Assembly: GCA_046727955.1 (NCBI GenBank)
Contig: JBKPDO010000038.1
Location: 22,198-86,197 of the forward strand
Direction of reading: 5' to 3'
From: a bacterium
Lineage (GTDB): Bacteria > Actinomycetota > CALGFH01
Length of the DNA: 64,000 nt
In this document: piece by piece, positions 48,661-59,085 of the stretch
Layout: every line of letters starts with the position of its first letter
Position numbering within the stretch: the first letter of the stretch is position 1
Position numbers and translations under genes: made by a program
Notes under the pieces: generated by a model
What the model was told of the DNA's origin: nothing
The model's input: only the letters and a program-made list of their open reading frames with translations
Database searches by the model: none

Positions 48661-49295
48661 TCATGGATCCGACATCGTTGCTACGGCGGGAACGGCAGGC
48701 GCTCTGCGAAACGCTGTCTGGCCTCGGACCCGACGCCCCGACGCTGTGCCAGGGCTGGACGACCGCCGACCTGGCCGCTCACCTTGTGGTCCGCGAGCGG
48801 GAGCCGCTGGCGGCGATCGGCATCGTCCTTCCCGGCCCGTTCGTCAGCTTCAACCACCGCCGCATGGAGGCGGCCAAGGCGCGAGGCTACGACTGGCTCG
48901 TGACCCGGCTGCGCTCGGGCCCGCCCCGCCTGTGGCGGCTTCGGCCGGTGGCCGCCGCCGACATCGTGGAGAACTTCGTGCACCACGAGGACGCGCGGCG
49001 GGCCAACGGGCTCGACCCGCGGCTGGCGGACCCCGACCTGGATCCGGCGCTGTGGAGGATGGTCGGGCCCACGGGGCGGCGGCAACTACGTCGTTTCCGC
49101 GGCTTCGGGGTGGTCGCCGGGGGCAACAATGGGCGCGACGCTGTGCTGCGTCGTGGATTTCCCGAGGTCAGGATCAGCGGCAGCCCCGGCGAGCTGCTTC
49201 TCTACCTGCTCGGCCGCAAGCAGGCTGCCCGCGTCGAGCTGTCGGGCTCGGACATGGCGGTCGCGGCGCTGGAGAACGCGCCGCTCCGTGCGTAG
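48661..49295 (+). CDS. Mycothiol-dependent maleylpyruvate isomerase N-terminal-domain (DinB_2) protein, TIGR03085-like
   Basis: The MDMPI_N-like region is LLRRERQALCETLSGLGPDAPTLCQGWTTADLAAHLVVRE. Confidence 0.6.
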
Positions 49296-49361
49296 CAACC
49301 GCCCTACGGGGCAATCACGTACATTAGCCAACTGTCGTCGCCACGCGAACGGAGGAGCGTC

Positions 49362-49925
49362 ATGACCCAAGCGGTCGAGATCCCCGGCTACGTAGCGGGC
49401 ACCTGGACCCTCGACCCGGTCCACACCAACATCTCGTTCAGCGTCCGCCACTATATGGTGAGCAAGGTCCGCGGCCACTTCAGCCGCTTCGAGGGCGAGA
49501 TCGTCACCGCGCCCAACCCGCTCGACTCGCGGGCGACGGCCACGATCGACATGACCTCGGTCGACACCGGCCATCCCCAGCGGGACGACGACCTGCGCTC
49601 GGCGAACTACTTCGATATCGAGACCTACCCGCAGATGACCTACCACTCCACCAGCATCCGCCGGGCGGACGGCGGCTTCCTGGTCGACGGTGAGCTGACG
49701 CTGCACGGGGTGACCCGCCCGGTCCAGCTCCAGGTGGAGGCCAATGGCTTCAGCAAGGACCCCTACGGCGGCACCCGGGCCGGGTTTTCCGCCACAGGCG
49801 AGATCAGCCGCAAGGACTTCGGTCTCACCACCGACATCCCGATGGAGGGCGGCGGCGTGGTGGTCGGCGCCAGGATCCAGATCATCATCGAGGCCGAGGC
49901 GGTCCTCGAAGCGCCTGCCGCCTGA
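49362..49925 (+). CDS. YceI-family polyisoprenoid-binding protein
   Basis: The YceI beta-barrel signature is TWTLDPVHTNISFSVRHYMVSKVRGHFSRFEGEI ... GDLTLHGVTRPV. Confidence 0.85.
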   Translation: MTQAVEIPGYVAGTWTLDPVHTNISFSVRHYMVSKVRGHFSRFEGEIVTAPNPLDSRATATIDMTSVDTGHPQRDDDLRSANYFDIETYPQMTYHSTSIRRADGGFLVDGELTLHGVTRPVQLQVEANGFSKDPYGGTRAGFSATGEISRKDFGLTTDIPMEGGGVVVGARIQIIIEAEAVLEAPAA

Positions 49926-50042
49926 CACGCGGGCGGACGCGGATCACGACGACGGGGCCGGCATCAGGGGCCGGCCCCGTCGCGTAATCAGGTCACCTTG
50001 TCGGGTCACCTCGTATAACGGAGGTCACGTCATGTGACCGGG

Positions 50043-50457
50043 TTACGCCGCCTCGCGCAGCGACTCCTTCCTCGACGCGTCCGCACCCGCCGGGACCAGG
50101 GCCTTGAGCCCGTGCTCGGCGCGCCAGGATGCGATCTCGCGAACCGTCAGCCCAATGAAGCCCAGGCCGACGAACCCGAGCGCCGCGGCGAAGGACAGCC
50201 ACGTCACCAGGGAACCGGTGAAGACCAGGCTCGCCACGATGGTCCAGATGCCGAGCGCCCCCAGAAAGCCGTCGAGCACCCGCTGCACCACGCCGCGAGA
50301 GCGGTCCAGCTGGGCGACCGCCACGATGAGCACCACTGCGATGGCAATGGCGAACGCCAGCCAAGCCGTCACCGCTGGGGTGAAGGCCTGGCTCGCGACC
50401 ACGACGAACCCACCGAGCAGCGCGATGGCCGCGTTGGTCAGGTACCGCGTGCTCATC
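50043..50457 (-). CDS. Small integral membrane protein (4 TM), function unknown
   Basis: The hydrophobic profile fits. It is divergent from a TetR gene. Confidence 0.5.
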
Positions 50458-50535
50458 AGCGCACCTCCTCTCCTTCGGAGCAATGTGTTATCGAAACCAT
50501 CCGTTTAGTTTCGACCCACGCTAGAATGAACCGCT

Positions 50536-51156
50536 ATGAGTGAGCGTCCTATTCCCACCACCCCGAAACGGGGTCGCCCACGCAGCCAGCGAGCCATGCG
50601 GGCAATCCTGCGCGCGGCCGCCGACCTGCTCGAGGAGCAGGGCCTCAGCCGTGTCAGCGTGGACGAGATCGCCGCGCGGGCCGGGGTCAGCAAGGCCACC
50701 ATCTACCGATGGTGGGACTCGAAAGAGGCGCTCGCCCTGGACGCGTTCCGGGAAGAGCTGGTCGAGCGCGAGGGGCCGGTCCCGGATACCGGCTCGCTGG
50801 CCGGCGACCTGCTGGCGCAGCTGCGGACGAGGATCCGGGCGCTGGGGAGCTCCCCGGCGACCGGGCGCACGCTGGTCGCACTGGCGGCGGAGGCGGCCCT
50901 CGACGCCGAGCTGCGCGAAGCCTACCGCGCTCACCTGCTGGAGCCGCTGCGGCGCGAGGGGCGCGAGGTCTTCCAGAAGGCCATCGAGCGCGGCGAGATC
51001 TCGGCCGACACCGACGTGGACGTCGCCCTCGACCTCATCTACGGAGCCCTCAACCAGCGCCTGTTCCAGGGGCACGCGCCTGTGGACGACCACTTCGCCC
51101 GCGCCGCGGTCGACATCGTGGTCCGCGGCCTCACCCAGGCTTCGACCCATAAATGA
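50536..51156 (+). CDS. TetR/AcrR-family transcriptional regulator
   Basis: The HTH is ILRAAADLLEEQGLSRVSVDEIAARAGVSKATIYRWW. Confidence 0.85.
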   Translation: MSERPIPTTPKRGRPRSQRAMRAILRAAADLLEEQGLSRVSVDEIAARAGVSKATIYRWWDSKEALALDAFREELVEREGPVPDTGSLAGDLLAQLRTRIRALGSSPATGRTLVALAAEAALDAELREAYRAHLLEPLRREGREVFQKAIERGEISADTDVDVALDLIYGALNQRLFQGHAPVDDHFARAAVDIVVRGLTQASTHK

Positions 51157-51216
51157 CAAAAGTGCCATGGAGGCGAAGCCCTTGACTATCAGAAGATATC
51201 TTCCTATTCTTGGCTC

Positions 51217-51573
51217 ATGCGTCGTAAACAGGGTTCTCTGGTGCCGCTCGAAGAGGCGATGCTGGCAGCGGCGGTGGACCTGGTCAGAGCTGGCAGACCG
51301 GAGTTCCACGGCTTCGCCATCGCCAAGGAGCTCTGGGGGCGGGAGGCGGGCCGTCGCCTGACCGCGCACGGCACCCTCTACAAGGCGCTCGATCGGCTGG
51401 AGCGCTCCGGCCTGCTCGCCAGCCGCTGGGAGGACCCCACAGTCGCCGCGGAGCAAGGTCGCCCGCGCCGACGCCTCTACCAGATCACCCCTGTCGGCGA
51501 GCAGGCGCTGGCGCGCGTTCGAGCGGCCCGCGCCAGGCGCGCCAGCGGCCGCCCCAGGATCGCGGAGACATGA
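51217..51573 (+). CDS. PadR-family transcriptional regulator
   Basis: The PadR winged helix is FHGFAIAKELW...TLYKALDRLERSGLLASRWEDP...RRRLYQITPVGEQAL. Confidence 0.85.
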   Translation: MRRKQGSLVPLEEAMLAAAVDLVRAGRPEFHGFAIAKELWGREAGRRLTAHGTLYKALDRLERSGLLASRWEDPTVAAEQGRPRRRLYQITPVGEQALARVRAARARRASGRPRIAET

Positions 51574-52262
51574 GCCGCGAGCCGCCGCTCCTGCTTCGTG
51601 CGGCCGAGGCGTGGGTCGCGCTCTACACGCGAGGGCTCCCCAGCGAGCTCCGCGAGGCCAGACGAGCCGAGCTACGCTCAGACCTCTGGGAGCACCTGCA
51701 GGACGCGGCGGCCCACGGCCACAGCCGGCTTCGCTGGTCCGCCGAGGTGACCGGGCGTGTCGCCCGTGGAATCGTCTCCGACCTGTGGTGGAGGTTCGAG
51801 CGACAGGCAGCTGCTCGCTCACGGATGACCGTGCCGGCGCAGCGGCAACGTGTCGCCTCACTGTTCAGATGGGTGGTCGAGCCGGTGGTGGTCCTCGGCC
51901 TGCTGGGTGCGTGGCTCAGGCTCAGCACCTCAGCGGTCGTGCTGGTCGGCGCGCTGGTGTGGCTGTTCGCCGCCCTGACCGTTGTGCGGATGAAGCTGCT
52001 CGGCCGGTCCAGCAGCGAGGTGGCCTCGGTACCCGGCGGGGCCGAGGCGACCGCGGGCCCGGGAAGGGCCTGGCGTCTCTGGCTCCTGCTGGTCGCCAGC
52101 GTCTTGGTGCTCGTGGGCGTCGGAGCCAAGGCAGCCTTGGGAACGCGGTCCGCGGTGGTCGACCTCGTCGTGCCAGTGGCGATGGTCGGCGTCATCAGCT
52201 CCGTCCTCATGCTCGCGGGCGAGTACGCGAGAAGGTCGCGCCGGCAGCGCCGCGGCGAATGA
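51570..52262 (+). CDS. PadR-associated membrane protein (hypothetical, 4 TM), ATGA-overlapped with the padR stop
   Basis: The overlap gives translational coupling. Hydrophobic segments follow a cytoplasmic N-domain. Confidence 0.55.
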   Translation: MSREPPLLLRAAEAWVALYTRGLPSELREARRAELRSDLWEHLQDAAAHGHSRLRWSAEVTGRVARGIVSDLWWRFERQAAARSRMTVPAQRQRVASLFRWVVEPVVVLGLLGAWLRLSTSAVVLVGALVWLFAALTVVRMKLLGRSSSEVASVPGGAEATAGPGRAWRLWLLLVASVLVLVGVGAKAALGTRSAVVDLVVPVAMVGVISSVLMLAGEYARRSRRQRRGE

Positions 52263-52413
52263 GACTTGGACGACATGGCCGCGCATGACAGACCTGTCGC
52301 GGAGGCGTAGTGAGTCATTTCGATGATCAGTAGTTGGTGCGATCCGCCACACGATCGAACATGATCCGCGAGCCCCACGGCGGCCGCGAGGCCGACCAGG
52401 GGAGATCCACGAT

Positions 52414-53313
52414 CTAGACCTGAGCGAGATCGAGCAGGCGATAGACGGGCGGGCGGTGCAGTCTCGTGGCCTGACAGGTGAGCGGGCGCTCAGGGCCGGC
52501 GGCGGAGACCCGCAGGCGGACCAGCCAGCGGCCGCCGGTCTCGGCGGCGAAACGCACCGCGACCGCGCCGTCGGAACCCGCCCCGCGCCACTCGGCCACC
52601 AGGTCGTCGAGGCCGGTCAGGTCCCGCTCGCGGCGGAGGAAGTGCTCGGCCGCCTGCACCACCGGCGGGTACCAGCAGCGCCCGCGATAGTGCTCGAGGT
52701 CGAGACGGCCGCGCTCGTGCAGCCCAACCACCCGCAGCGCCTCCGCCGGGCCGACCCGGCCGTAGTAGACCCCCTGGGGCAGACAGACGAGGTTGCCCGC
52801 GAAGCGGTCCCCGCCGATGTGCGAGCACTCCCAGACGCGCTCGCCCAGCTCGCCGACGAGCGCCTGGGCCAGCGGCCGGCCCCAGATTGCGCAGCACTGA
52901 TCGTGTCGGCCGTTGGTGCAGGCGAGATAGACCGGCCTACCGGCTGGGACGCCATACCTCGGCGGCTCCCCCCCACTGAGCCGTGTCCAGTCCAGACCGA
53001 ACAGCTCACTTGGGTCGTCCAGGCGGAGCTCCTCCATCCAGCCCGCCTGCCTGCTGGTATGGGCGAGGAAGGCACGGTGTGGGCCGGGCGGTGTCCGGCC
53101 CGGCCGGCGGATGAGCACCACGCGCGCCCCGACCGCGTGCGCGCGCTGGTGCAGCGCTCGGCCCAGGGCGGGGTCGAGGCGGCTCTCGACGAGCGCCTCG
53201 CGGCCCCACGGGCCCGGCTGCTCGACCAGCACCCAGCCGCGCACGCGCGAGGCGGTTGCAATGAGCGGCTCGCCCAGCACGCGGGAGACCTCGCTGCAGA
53301 GCCTGTCAGGCAA
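52414..53313 (-). CDS. Sucrase/ferredoxin-like (thioredoxin-like [2Fe-2S]) family protein
   Basis: The Cys-rich core is PVYLACTNGRHDQCCAIWGRPLA...CSHIGGDRFAGN. Confidence 0.55.
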   Translation of the reverse strand: MPDRLCSEVSRVLGEPLIATASRVRGWVLVEQPGPWGREALVESRLDPALGRALHQRAHAVGARVVLIRRPGRTPPGPHRAFLAHTSRQAGWMEELRLDDPSELFGLDWTRLSGGEPPRYGVPAGRPVYLACTNGRHDQCCAIWGRPLAQALVGELGERVWECSHIGGDRFAGNLVCLPQGVYYGRVGPAEALRVVGLHERGRLDLEHYRGRCWYPPVVQAAEHFLRRERDLTGLDDLVAEWRGAGSDGAVAVRFAAETGGRWLVRLRVSAAGPERPLTCQATRLHRPPVYRLLDLAQV

Positions 53314-54535
53314 CGACTTCGAGCTCCAGCAGGCCCTCTCGGATCAGCCGGCGGACCAGGACGAGCCGGCTCTCTGGGTCGAGCTCACCGGCAAGGTCGG
53401 CCACGGCGAAACGCTCACGCCGCAGCAGCGCGCGCAGGGCCGGCTCCACCCACGCGGGGAAGGTGAGGCGTCGGTCGCCCAGCTCCAGCACGGGCCGGCC
53501 GCCGTTGTCGCGTCGCAGGCGGCAGACCGAGCCGGCGCGCCGCCACACCACGGTCGCGTCCGAGACCGCCTCGAGCGCCAGGAGCTGCTGTAGCTGCCCG
53601 GTGAGGATCGGCGGGCGCGACGACCAGAAGCGCTGCGTCGCCGCGTCCGCGAGCTGGGCGGGGTCGAGCTTGCCGAGGCGGCGCTGCAGCTCACCGAGCT
53701 GCTCGGCCGCGGCGGCGGCGATCGCCCCCGGGTCGTCGGCGAACCCGGCCGGAAGGGCCTGACCGAACGCTCGGTCGTCGAGCACCTCCAGCACCGCGCG
53801 GCGCAGCACCTCGTGCCACTTGTAGGTGAGGACGCCGACGGTGAGATGGGCGGAGGCGGACTGCTCGGTCCAGACCGCGTGCGGGAAGCCGAGCGGCACA
53901 TAGAGGCAGTCGCCGCGCTCGAGGGTCACGTCGAGCAGGCGCGCGCCGGGTTCCTTGGGGTCGTTACCGGGGCCGGGCGCGTAGACCTCCCACCGCTTAC
54001 GGCCATGGACCTGCAGCACGAAGACGTCGTGGCCATCGGCATGCAGCCCGAGCCCGCGCGAGGACTGCGGGGTGACGTAGGCGTTGACCTGCACCGGATG
54101 CGTGAGCGTGAGCTCGAGGTCGCGGCAGAAGCGGGTCAGCGGCAGCCAATAGCGGTGCAGGCTCTGCAGCACGATGGTGGCGCCTTCGGCGAAATGCCGG
54201 TAGACCTTGCCCGGGTCGACGAGGTCGGCAAGCGGTTTCGAGCCGACCGTGCCCGACTTGGTGTAGCGCTCCGGTGGCAGCGACGCCCCGTCCCTAACCA
54301 TCCGGAAGGCCGGGACGCGCAGGGACGCGGCCGCCACCAGGTGATCGACGTCAGCGATGCTGAACAGGTCGGCGAAACCCTCCGGACTGGTTCGCGCCCG
54401 GTGCAGCGGGGCGCGGGTCCAGTGCTCGCTGATGAACCGCTCTGGATCGCCGACGCAGCGACGCAGCGCGTTACCGGTCGGTGCCGTCGGAATCGCCGCC
54501 AAGACCCCTGTCGGTGGCATCGGTCCCATCGGCAT
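53306..54535 (-). CDS. JmjC/cupin-4-type oxygenase-like protein. The annotated start is uncertain because a long Pro/Thr/Ala repeat region lies upstream in the same frame.
   Basis: The cupin core is HADGHDVFVLQVHGRKRWEVY...YVPLGFPHAVWT. The in-frame upstream repeat PTAPTPAA extends to 54793. Confidence 0.65.
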   Translation of the reverse strand: MPMGPMPPTGVLAAIPTAPTGNALRRCVGDPERFISEHWTRAPLHRARTSPEGFADLFSIADVDHLVAAASLRVPAFRMVRDGASLPPERYTKSGTVGSKPLADLVDPGKVYRHFAEGATIVLQSLHRYWLPLTRFCRDLELTLTHPVQVNAYVTPQSSRGLGLHADGHDVFVLQVHGRKRWEVYAPGPGNDPKEPGARLLDVTLERGDCLYVPLGFPHAVWTEQSASAHLTVGVLTYKWHEVLRRAVLEVLDDRAFGQALPAGFADDPGAIAAAAAEQLGELQRRLGKLDPAQLADAATQRFWSSRPPILTGQLQQLLALEAVSDATVVWRRAGSVCRLRRDNGGRPVLELGDRRLTFPAWVEPALRALLRRERFAVADLAGELDPESRLVLVRRLIREGLLELEVVA

Positions 54536-54740
54536 CCGCGCCGTCGGCGTCGTCGGCGTCGTCGGCCGTGTCGTCGCCGCCGGAGTCGGTGCCGCCGGCG
54601 TCGGTGCCGTCGGCGTCGTCGCCGCGGGAGTCGGTGCCGTCGGCGTCGCCGCCGCGGGAGTCGGTGCCGTCGGCGTCGCCGCTGTCCGAGACGTCGGTAC
54701 CGTCCACACCATCCGCGCGGTCGGTGCCGTCCGCGTCGCC
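54535..54740. repeat. Roughly 33-bp imperfect tandem repeats (gtcggtgccgtcggcgtcgYcgccgcgggagtcg x3-4). They read as PTAPTPAA in one frame and DADGTDSRG in another.
   Basis: Direct reading. It is ambiguous whether this is the 5' extension of the cupin gene or a separate acidic-repeat ORF (54471..54926, minus strand). Confidence 0.6.
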
Positions 54741-55072
54741 GGCGCTGTCGGTCCCGTCGGTGGTGCCGCCCGTCTGCGGCCCCGTGGAGCCACTCTGCGA
54801 GGTGAAGATGTCGTCGTCCCGGAGGGGCGGGTTGTCAGCGCTCATCGCGAAGCCTCCAGCGAAGGACCGGGTCATGCCCTGGTCGGCGGATGCGCATGCC
54901 ACTGCCAGACAGCTGCAAGCTACCACGGACGATCCGGCGGCCGCGCGCTCGGCACGGCGACGCCGGGTCGTTGCGTCGGCTTGTCTCGTCTGGAAGAAGT
55001 AGCGTCTCGACCCGCGGGGAGCCGTAGGCTCGGGAAGTTGTATGGTACACGCATCTATGGCATAGTCGTCCG

Positions 55073-55543
55073 GTGTCCACCCCCGTCGCGCCTTCCGAGA
55101 CCACGAGCGGGCGCCGGCTGCTGCTCGCGCTGGTGACCGTCGCTCGGCGGCTCAAGCCCCGCGCCGCCGACGGCAGCATCGACCGGGCGTCGGTGTTCGT
55201 GCTCCACAGCGTCCTCGCCAACGGCCCACTGCGCGTGTCCGAGCTGGCCAAGTGCATGGAGCTGGACTCCTCGACGGTGAGCAGGCACGTCAGCCACCTC
55301 GAGGAGGTTGGCTACCTGACCCGCACCGGCGACCCCGACGATCGCCGGGCCGCGCGCGTTCTGCTGACCGAAAGGGGCCGCGCGATCCTCGACGAGGCCA
55401 TTCAGTCGCAGGCGGCGGTCATCGACCGGGCGATCGCCGACTGGGCCGACGAGGACCGCCAGACGCTCACCGCGCTCATGACACGGCTGGCCTCCAGCGT
55501 CGATCGGCTGACCGCGGAAAAGGAGACGAAGGAGACCGGATGA
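55073..55543 (+). CDS. MarR-family transcriptional regulator
   Basis: The MarR wHTH is [52 protein letters not shown]. Confidence 0.85.
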   Translation: MSTPVAPSETTSGRRLLLALVTVARRLKPRAADGSIDRASVFVLHSVLANGPLRVSELAKCMELDSSTVSRHVSHLEEVGYLTRTGDPDDRRAARVLLTERGRAILDEAIQSQAAVIDRAIADWADEDRQTLTALMTRLASSVDRLTAEKETKETG

Positions 55544-57237
55544 CCACACCCGCCGGAGACCCACCCCCGGCCGCGACCGGCACCGGTACCGGTACCGCCG
55601 CCGGCGGGCCTGACGCTCCTGGCCCGCAGTACCTCTCGCACCGGCAGATCGTCGTCGTCCTCTTCGGGGTCATGGCCGGCATGCTGCTCGCCGCCCTCGA
55701 CCAGGGCATCGTGGGCACCGCCCTGCCGCGTATCGTCAGCGAGCTCGGCGGCCTCGACCGGCTGTCGTGGGTCGTCACCGCCTACCTGCTGACCTCCACG
55801 GCGGCGACACCGCTGTGGGGCAAGCTCTCCGACCTGTACGGGCGGCGCATGATCTTCCAGATCGCCATCGGGATCTTCCTGGCCGGCTCAGCGCTGGCCG
55901 GGCTCAGCCAGAACATGGCTGAGCTCATTGCCTTCCGCGCCCTGCAGGGCGTCGGCGGCGGCGGCCTGTTCGCGATCGCGCTCAGCATCATCGGCGACGT
56001 CATCCCGCCTCGCGAGCGCGGCCGTTACCAGGGCTACTTCGGCGCGGTCTTCGGCATCTCGAGCGTGGCCGGCCCGCTGCTCGGCGGCTGGTTCACCGAC
56101 GGCCCCGGCTGGAGGTGGATCTTCTACATCAACCTGCCGGTCGGCTTCGCCGCGCTGGTGGTCACCTCGATCGTGCTGCGGATGCCGGTCGTCCGGCGCG
56201 AGCACCGGATCGACTACCTCGGCGCGGCCACCATCGTCGCGGCCGTGTCCAGCCTGCTGCTGTACCTCGACTGGCGAGGCAACGACTACGGCTGGACCGA
56301 GGCGGGCGCACTCGCTCTGCTGGCGGGCTTCCTCCTACTCGTGGTCGCGTTCGTCCTGATCGAGCGGCACACCGCCGAGCCGATCATCCCGATACGGCTG
56401 TTCCGCAACCAGATCTTCAGCGTCAGCAACGGCTTCGGTTTCCTGACCGGAGTCGCGATGTTCGGGGCGATCATCTTCCTGCCGGTCTATCTGCAGGCTG
56501 TCAGGGGCTTCTCGCCGACCGCCTCGGGACTGGCCCTGCTGCCCGCCATCGTCGGCATCTTCACGACCTCGATCTCGTCGGGCCGGCTGATCACCAAGAC
56601 CGGCCGCTACAAGATCTACCCGGTCATCGGCGCGGTGGTGCTGGTGGTCTCCCTGTTCCTGCTGTCGAAGCTGGCCGTTGACACGCCCTTCTGGCAGATC
56701 GCGCTGTACGAGTACCTGTTCGGGGCCGGTCTCGGGTTCACCCTGCAGACGGTCGTGGTGGCGGTCCAGAACTCGGTGGACTTCCGCGACCTCGGCACGG
56801 CCACCAGCTCGACCACGTTCTTCCGGCAGATGGGCGGCTCCATTGGCGCGGCCGTATTCGGGGCGGTGCTCTCGAGCCGGCTCGCCCACTACCTGAGCGA
56901 GGAGCTGCCGCGCGCCGGGATCCGGCCGGGCGGGGGCGGCGCGGCGGTCGATGCCAACGACGTCCAGGCGATCCAGCGCCTCGCCGAGCCGGTCAAGGGC
57001 ATCGTGCTCGGCGCCTTCACCCACGCCCTGAACGACGTCTTCCTGGTCGGCGTGCCGTTCCTGGTGCTGGCGTTCGTGGTGTCGCTGTTCCTCAAGGAGA
57101 TCCCGCTGCGCACGGCCCAGGGCCCAGGCGGCCCAAGTGGCCCAAGTGGCCCAGGCGGCCTGGATGCCCCGGACGCCCCGGCGGCGGCCGGTCGAGGCGC
57201 TGGCGTGGAGGTCCCCGCCCCGACCTTCGGCGACTGA
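55540..57237 (+). CDS. MFS transporter, DHA2 (EmrB/QacA, 14-TM) drug:H+ antiporter family
   Basis: The ATG overlaps the marR stop (ATGA). The DHA2 motifs include [13 protein letters not shown]. Confidence 0.85.
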   Translation: MTTPAGDPPPAATGTGTGTAAGGPDAPGPQYLSHRQIVVVLFGVMAGMLLAALDQGIVGTALPRIVSELGGLDRLSWVVTAYLLTSTAATPLWGKLSDLYGRRMIFQIAIGIFLAGSALAGLSQNMAELIAFRALQGVGGGGLFAIALSIIGDVIPPRERGRYQGYFGAVFGISSVAGPLLGGWFTDGPGWRWIFYINLPVGFAALVVTSIVLRMPVVRREHRIDYLGAATIVAAVSSLLLYLDWRGNDYGWTEAGALALLAGFLLLVVAFVLIERHTAEPIIPIRLFRNQIFSVSNGFGFLTGVAMFGAIIFLPVYLQAVRGFSPTASGLALLPAIVGIFTTSISSGRLITKTGRYKIYPVIGAVVLVVSLFLLSKLAVDTPFWQIALYEYLFGAGLGFTLQTVVVAVQNSVDFRDLGTATSSTTFFRQMGGSIGAAVFGAVLSSRLAHYLSEELPRAGIRPGGGGAAVDANDVQAIQRLAEPVKGIVLGAFTHALNDVFLVGVPFLVLAFVVSLFLKEIPLRTAQGPGGPSGPSGPGGLDAPDAPAAAGRGAGVEVPAPTFGD

Positions 57238-57257
57238 GGCGACTGCGGCGGCTGTGG

Positions 57258-57953
57258 TCAAGACTGGGCGTGGCGGCCGAGCACGAGCCAGATCGCGTAC
57301 GCGGGCTCCGACCCCGGGTTGCTCAGCCGGTGCGGGGTGGTGGCCGGGAAGCTGATCGCGGCGCCCGCGGTCAGCTCATACGAGTCGAAGCCAACCTCGA
57401 CCACCAACAGCCCCGAGAGGACATAGCCGAATTCCTGGCCGGCGTGCCGCATGAACGCGCCCTCGCTCGAGGAGCAGCCGCCCGGGGAGTAGGTCACGTG
57501 CAGGAATTCCACGCCCGGCAGCGAGCCCTCGGTCAGCCGGCGCCATTCCACTCCGGAGTCGAGCTCCAGGACGTCGTGCTCACCAGAGCGCTGGAAGGAG
57601 AAGAAGCCCTCGGCCTCGGGGCCACGGGCCAGCGTCACGTGCGTCCGGGCGCCCTCGCCTCCGCCCTCCCGCACGCGCGGGCGGTCCTCAGGCGGCGGGA
57701 CCGGAGCCCCGGCGAGCAGGCCATCCAGCGACGTGCCCAGCAGGTTGACGATGTCGAACAGCTTGCTCACGGAGGGCTGCGCCTTGCCGGTCTCGATTTG
57801 CGACAGCGCGCTGGCGCTCATCCCGAGGCGACGCGCCATCTCGCGAAGTGACATTCCCTGCCGCAGGCGCTCGGCCCGCAGCCGGGCCCCCAGGTCCAGC
57901 GCGGGCACTCCTGTCGGCGTCGTCTCTGGCGCTCGCTGTCCCGGCGCGTCCAT
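57258..57953 (-). CDS. XRE-family HTH transcriptional regulator with C-terminal cupin domain
   Basis: The HTH_XRE is LGARLRAERLRQGMSLREMARRLGMSASALSQIETGKAQPSVSKLFDI. The C-terminal cupin_2 is LHVTYSPGG...HAGQEFGYVLSG. Confidence 0.8.
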   Translation of the reverse strand: MDAPGQRAPETTPTGVPALDLGARLRAERLRQGMSLREMARRLGMSASALSQIETGKAQPSVSKLFDIVNLLGTSLDGLLAGAPVPPPEDRPRVREGGGEGARTHVTLARGPEAEGFFSFQRSGEHDVLELDSGVEWRRLTEGSLPGVEFLHVTYSPGGCSSSEGAFMRHAGQEFGYVLSGLLVVEVGFDSYELTAGAAISFPATTPHRLSNPGSEPAYAIWLVLGRHAQS

Positions 57954-58083
57954 CCCAGCACTGTACAGACTCGACGGAGGCACCAGGATCGCCTTCCTCG
58001 ACCACGTTGCACGAGAGCTGGTTCTCGCTAGCATGTAGTGGAGGGATTTCCTCCGGATACATTGGATGCTTGGAGGACCGGAC

Positions 58084-58848
58084 ATGCAGCTCCAGATCGT
58101 CAACCCACGGCCCAAGTACCAGCGCGTCAAGCTGATCGACCCGCCACCGCTCGGCTACATCCACATCTCCGCCGCGGTGGACCTCCCTCCCGGACGCATC
58201 CCGTTGCCGCCCAGGAGCTCGAAGCGGGCGGCGCTGCTCACGCGGCTCAAGGCGCTCGCCCGGCAACTGGAGACGCTCGCGACCGTGGAGAAGGCCACCG
58301 TCTACCGCGGAATCCTCCTCCCGCCTGCCGGTGGCTACGCCAGGCAGGCGGTTCACCCCGCGCGCTACGACGTGGTGGTGCTCGTCGAGACCACGTCGCC
58401 CGAGGTCATCGAGGAGGTCCAGGCCTCGGAGCCCTACAGGCAGCTCGTCGAGGCGATGACCGCGGCCGCGACCGACGTGCACGTCATGGCCGCCCATTGC
58501 CCCAAGCGCATCGGCGACGTCGATAAGACCCGCCCGGGCCTGTTCCTGTTCAACTATTTCGTGGCCGAGGACCGCGAGGTCGCGCTCGAGCTGTGGGATT
58601 ACCTCGCCGACTGGTACGCGGTAGAGACCGGCCTGAACAACTCCACTCTGCTGGAGCCCATCGACAAGGCCGACTACGTGTTCGTCAACCACGCTCGCTG
58701 GGACTCGAGCCTGCCACGGGTCATGCTCGAGCAGTTCCTCAAGCCCACTTTCTGGACCTACGTCCTGGCCAACCTGCGGGCCAACCGGGTCGGCGCAATG
58801 CCGAGCCTCTACCGCCTCGCGCGGACGCGGACGCCGGCCGCCGGCTGA
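58084..58848 (+). CDS. Hypothetical protein (255 aa), divergent from the XRE-cupin regulator
   Basis: ORF with good coding composition (MQLQIVNPRPKYQRVKLIDPPPLGYIHI...). No family is recognised. Confidence 0.45.
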   Translation: MQLQIVNPRPKYQRVKLIDPPPLGYIHISAAVDLPPGRIPLPPRSSKRAALLTRLKALARQLETLATVEKATVYRGILLPPAGGYARQAVHPARYDVVVLVETTSPEVIEEVQASEPYRQLVEAMTAAATDVHVMAAHCPKRIGDVDKTRPGLFLFNYFVAEDREVALELWDYLADWYAVETGLNNSTLLEPIDKADYVFVNHARWDSSLPRVMLEQFLKPTFWTYVLANLRANRVGAMPSLYRLARTRTPAAG

Positions 58849-58851
58849 CCA

Positions 58852-59039
58852 TGCCCGTCCCGGTGCTTTGGGGCGCCAGCGGCCTGTTCGGCCGGCTTCC
58901 CGCGCTCGACGTCTGGCGCGACTACGCCGACGAGGTCAAGGGAGCCGCGATCCCCGACTGCGGCCACTTCCTGCCGGAGGAGCAGCCTGAGCGCGTCCTT
59001 GGCGAGCTCGCTGGTTTCCTGCCGAACCTGGCCGGTTAG
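58852..59039 (+). pseudogene. C-terminal 62-aa remnant of an alpha/beta hydrolase (haloalkane-dehalogenase-like tail)
   Basis: MPVPVLWGASGLFGRLPALDVWRDYADEVKGAAIPDCGHFLPEEQPERVLGELAGFL matches the alpha/beta-hydrolase C-terminus. The catalytic His is present. No N-terminal part exists. Confidence 0.45.
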
Positions 59040-59043
59040 CCTC

Positions 59044-59085
59044 GATTCCCGGTGCGGTAATTGAGTTGAGATGCCGATCGGGGCG
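59044..59085. repeat. Left copy of a roughly 40-bp inverted repeat pair (ggttagcctcgattcccggtgcggtaattgagttgagatgcc)
   Basis: Its reverse complement matches 60782-60823 at 37/40 positions. Confidence 0.75.
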
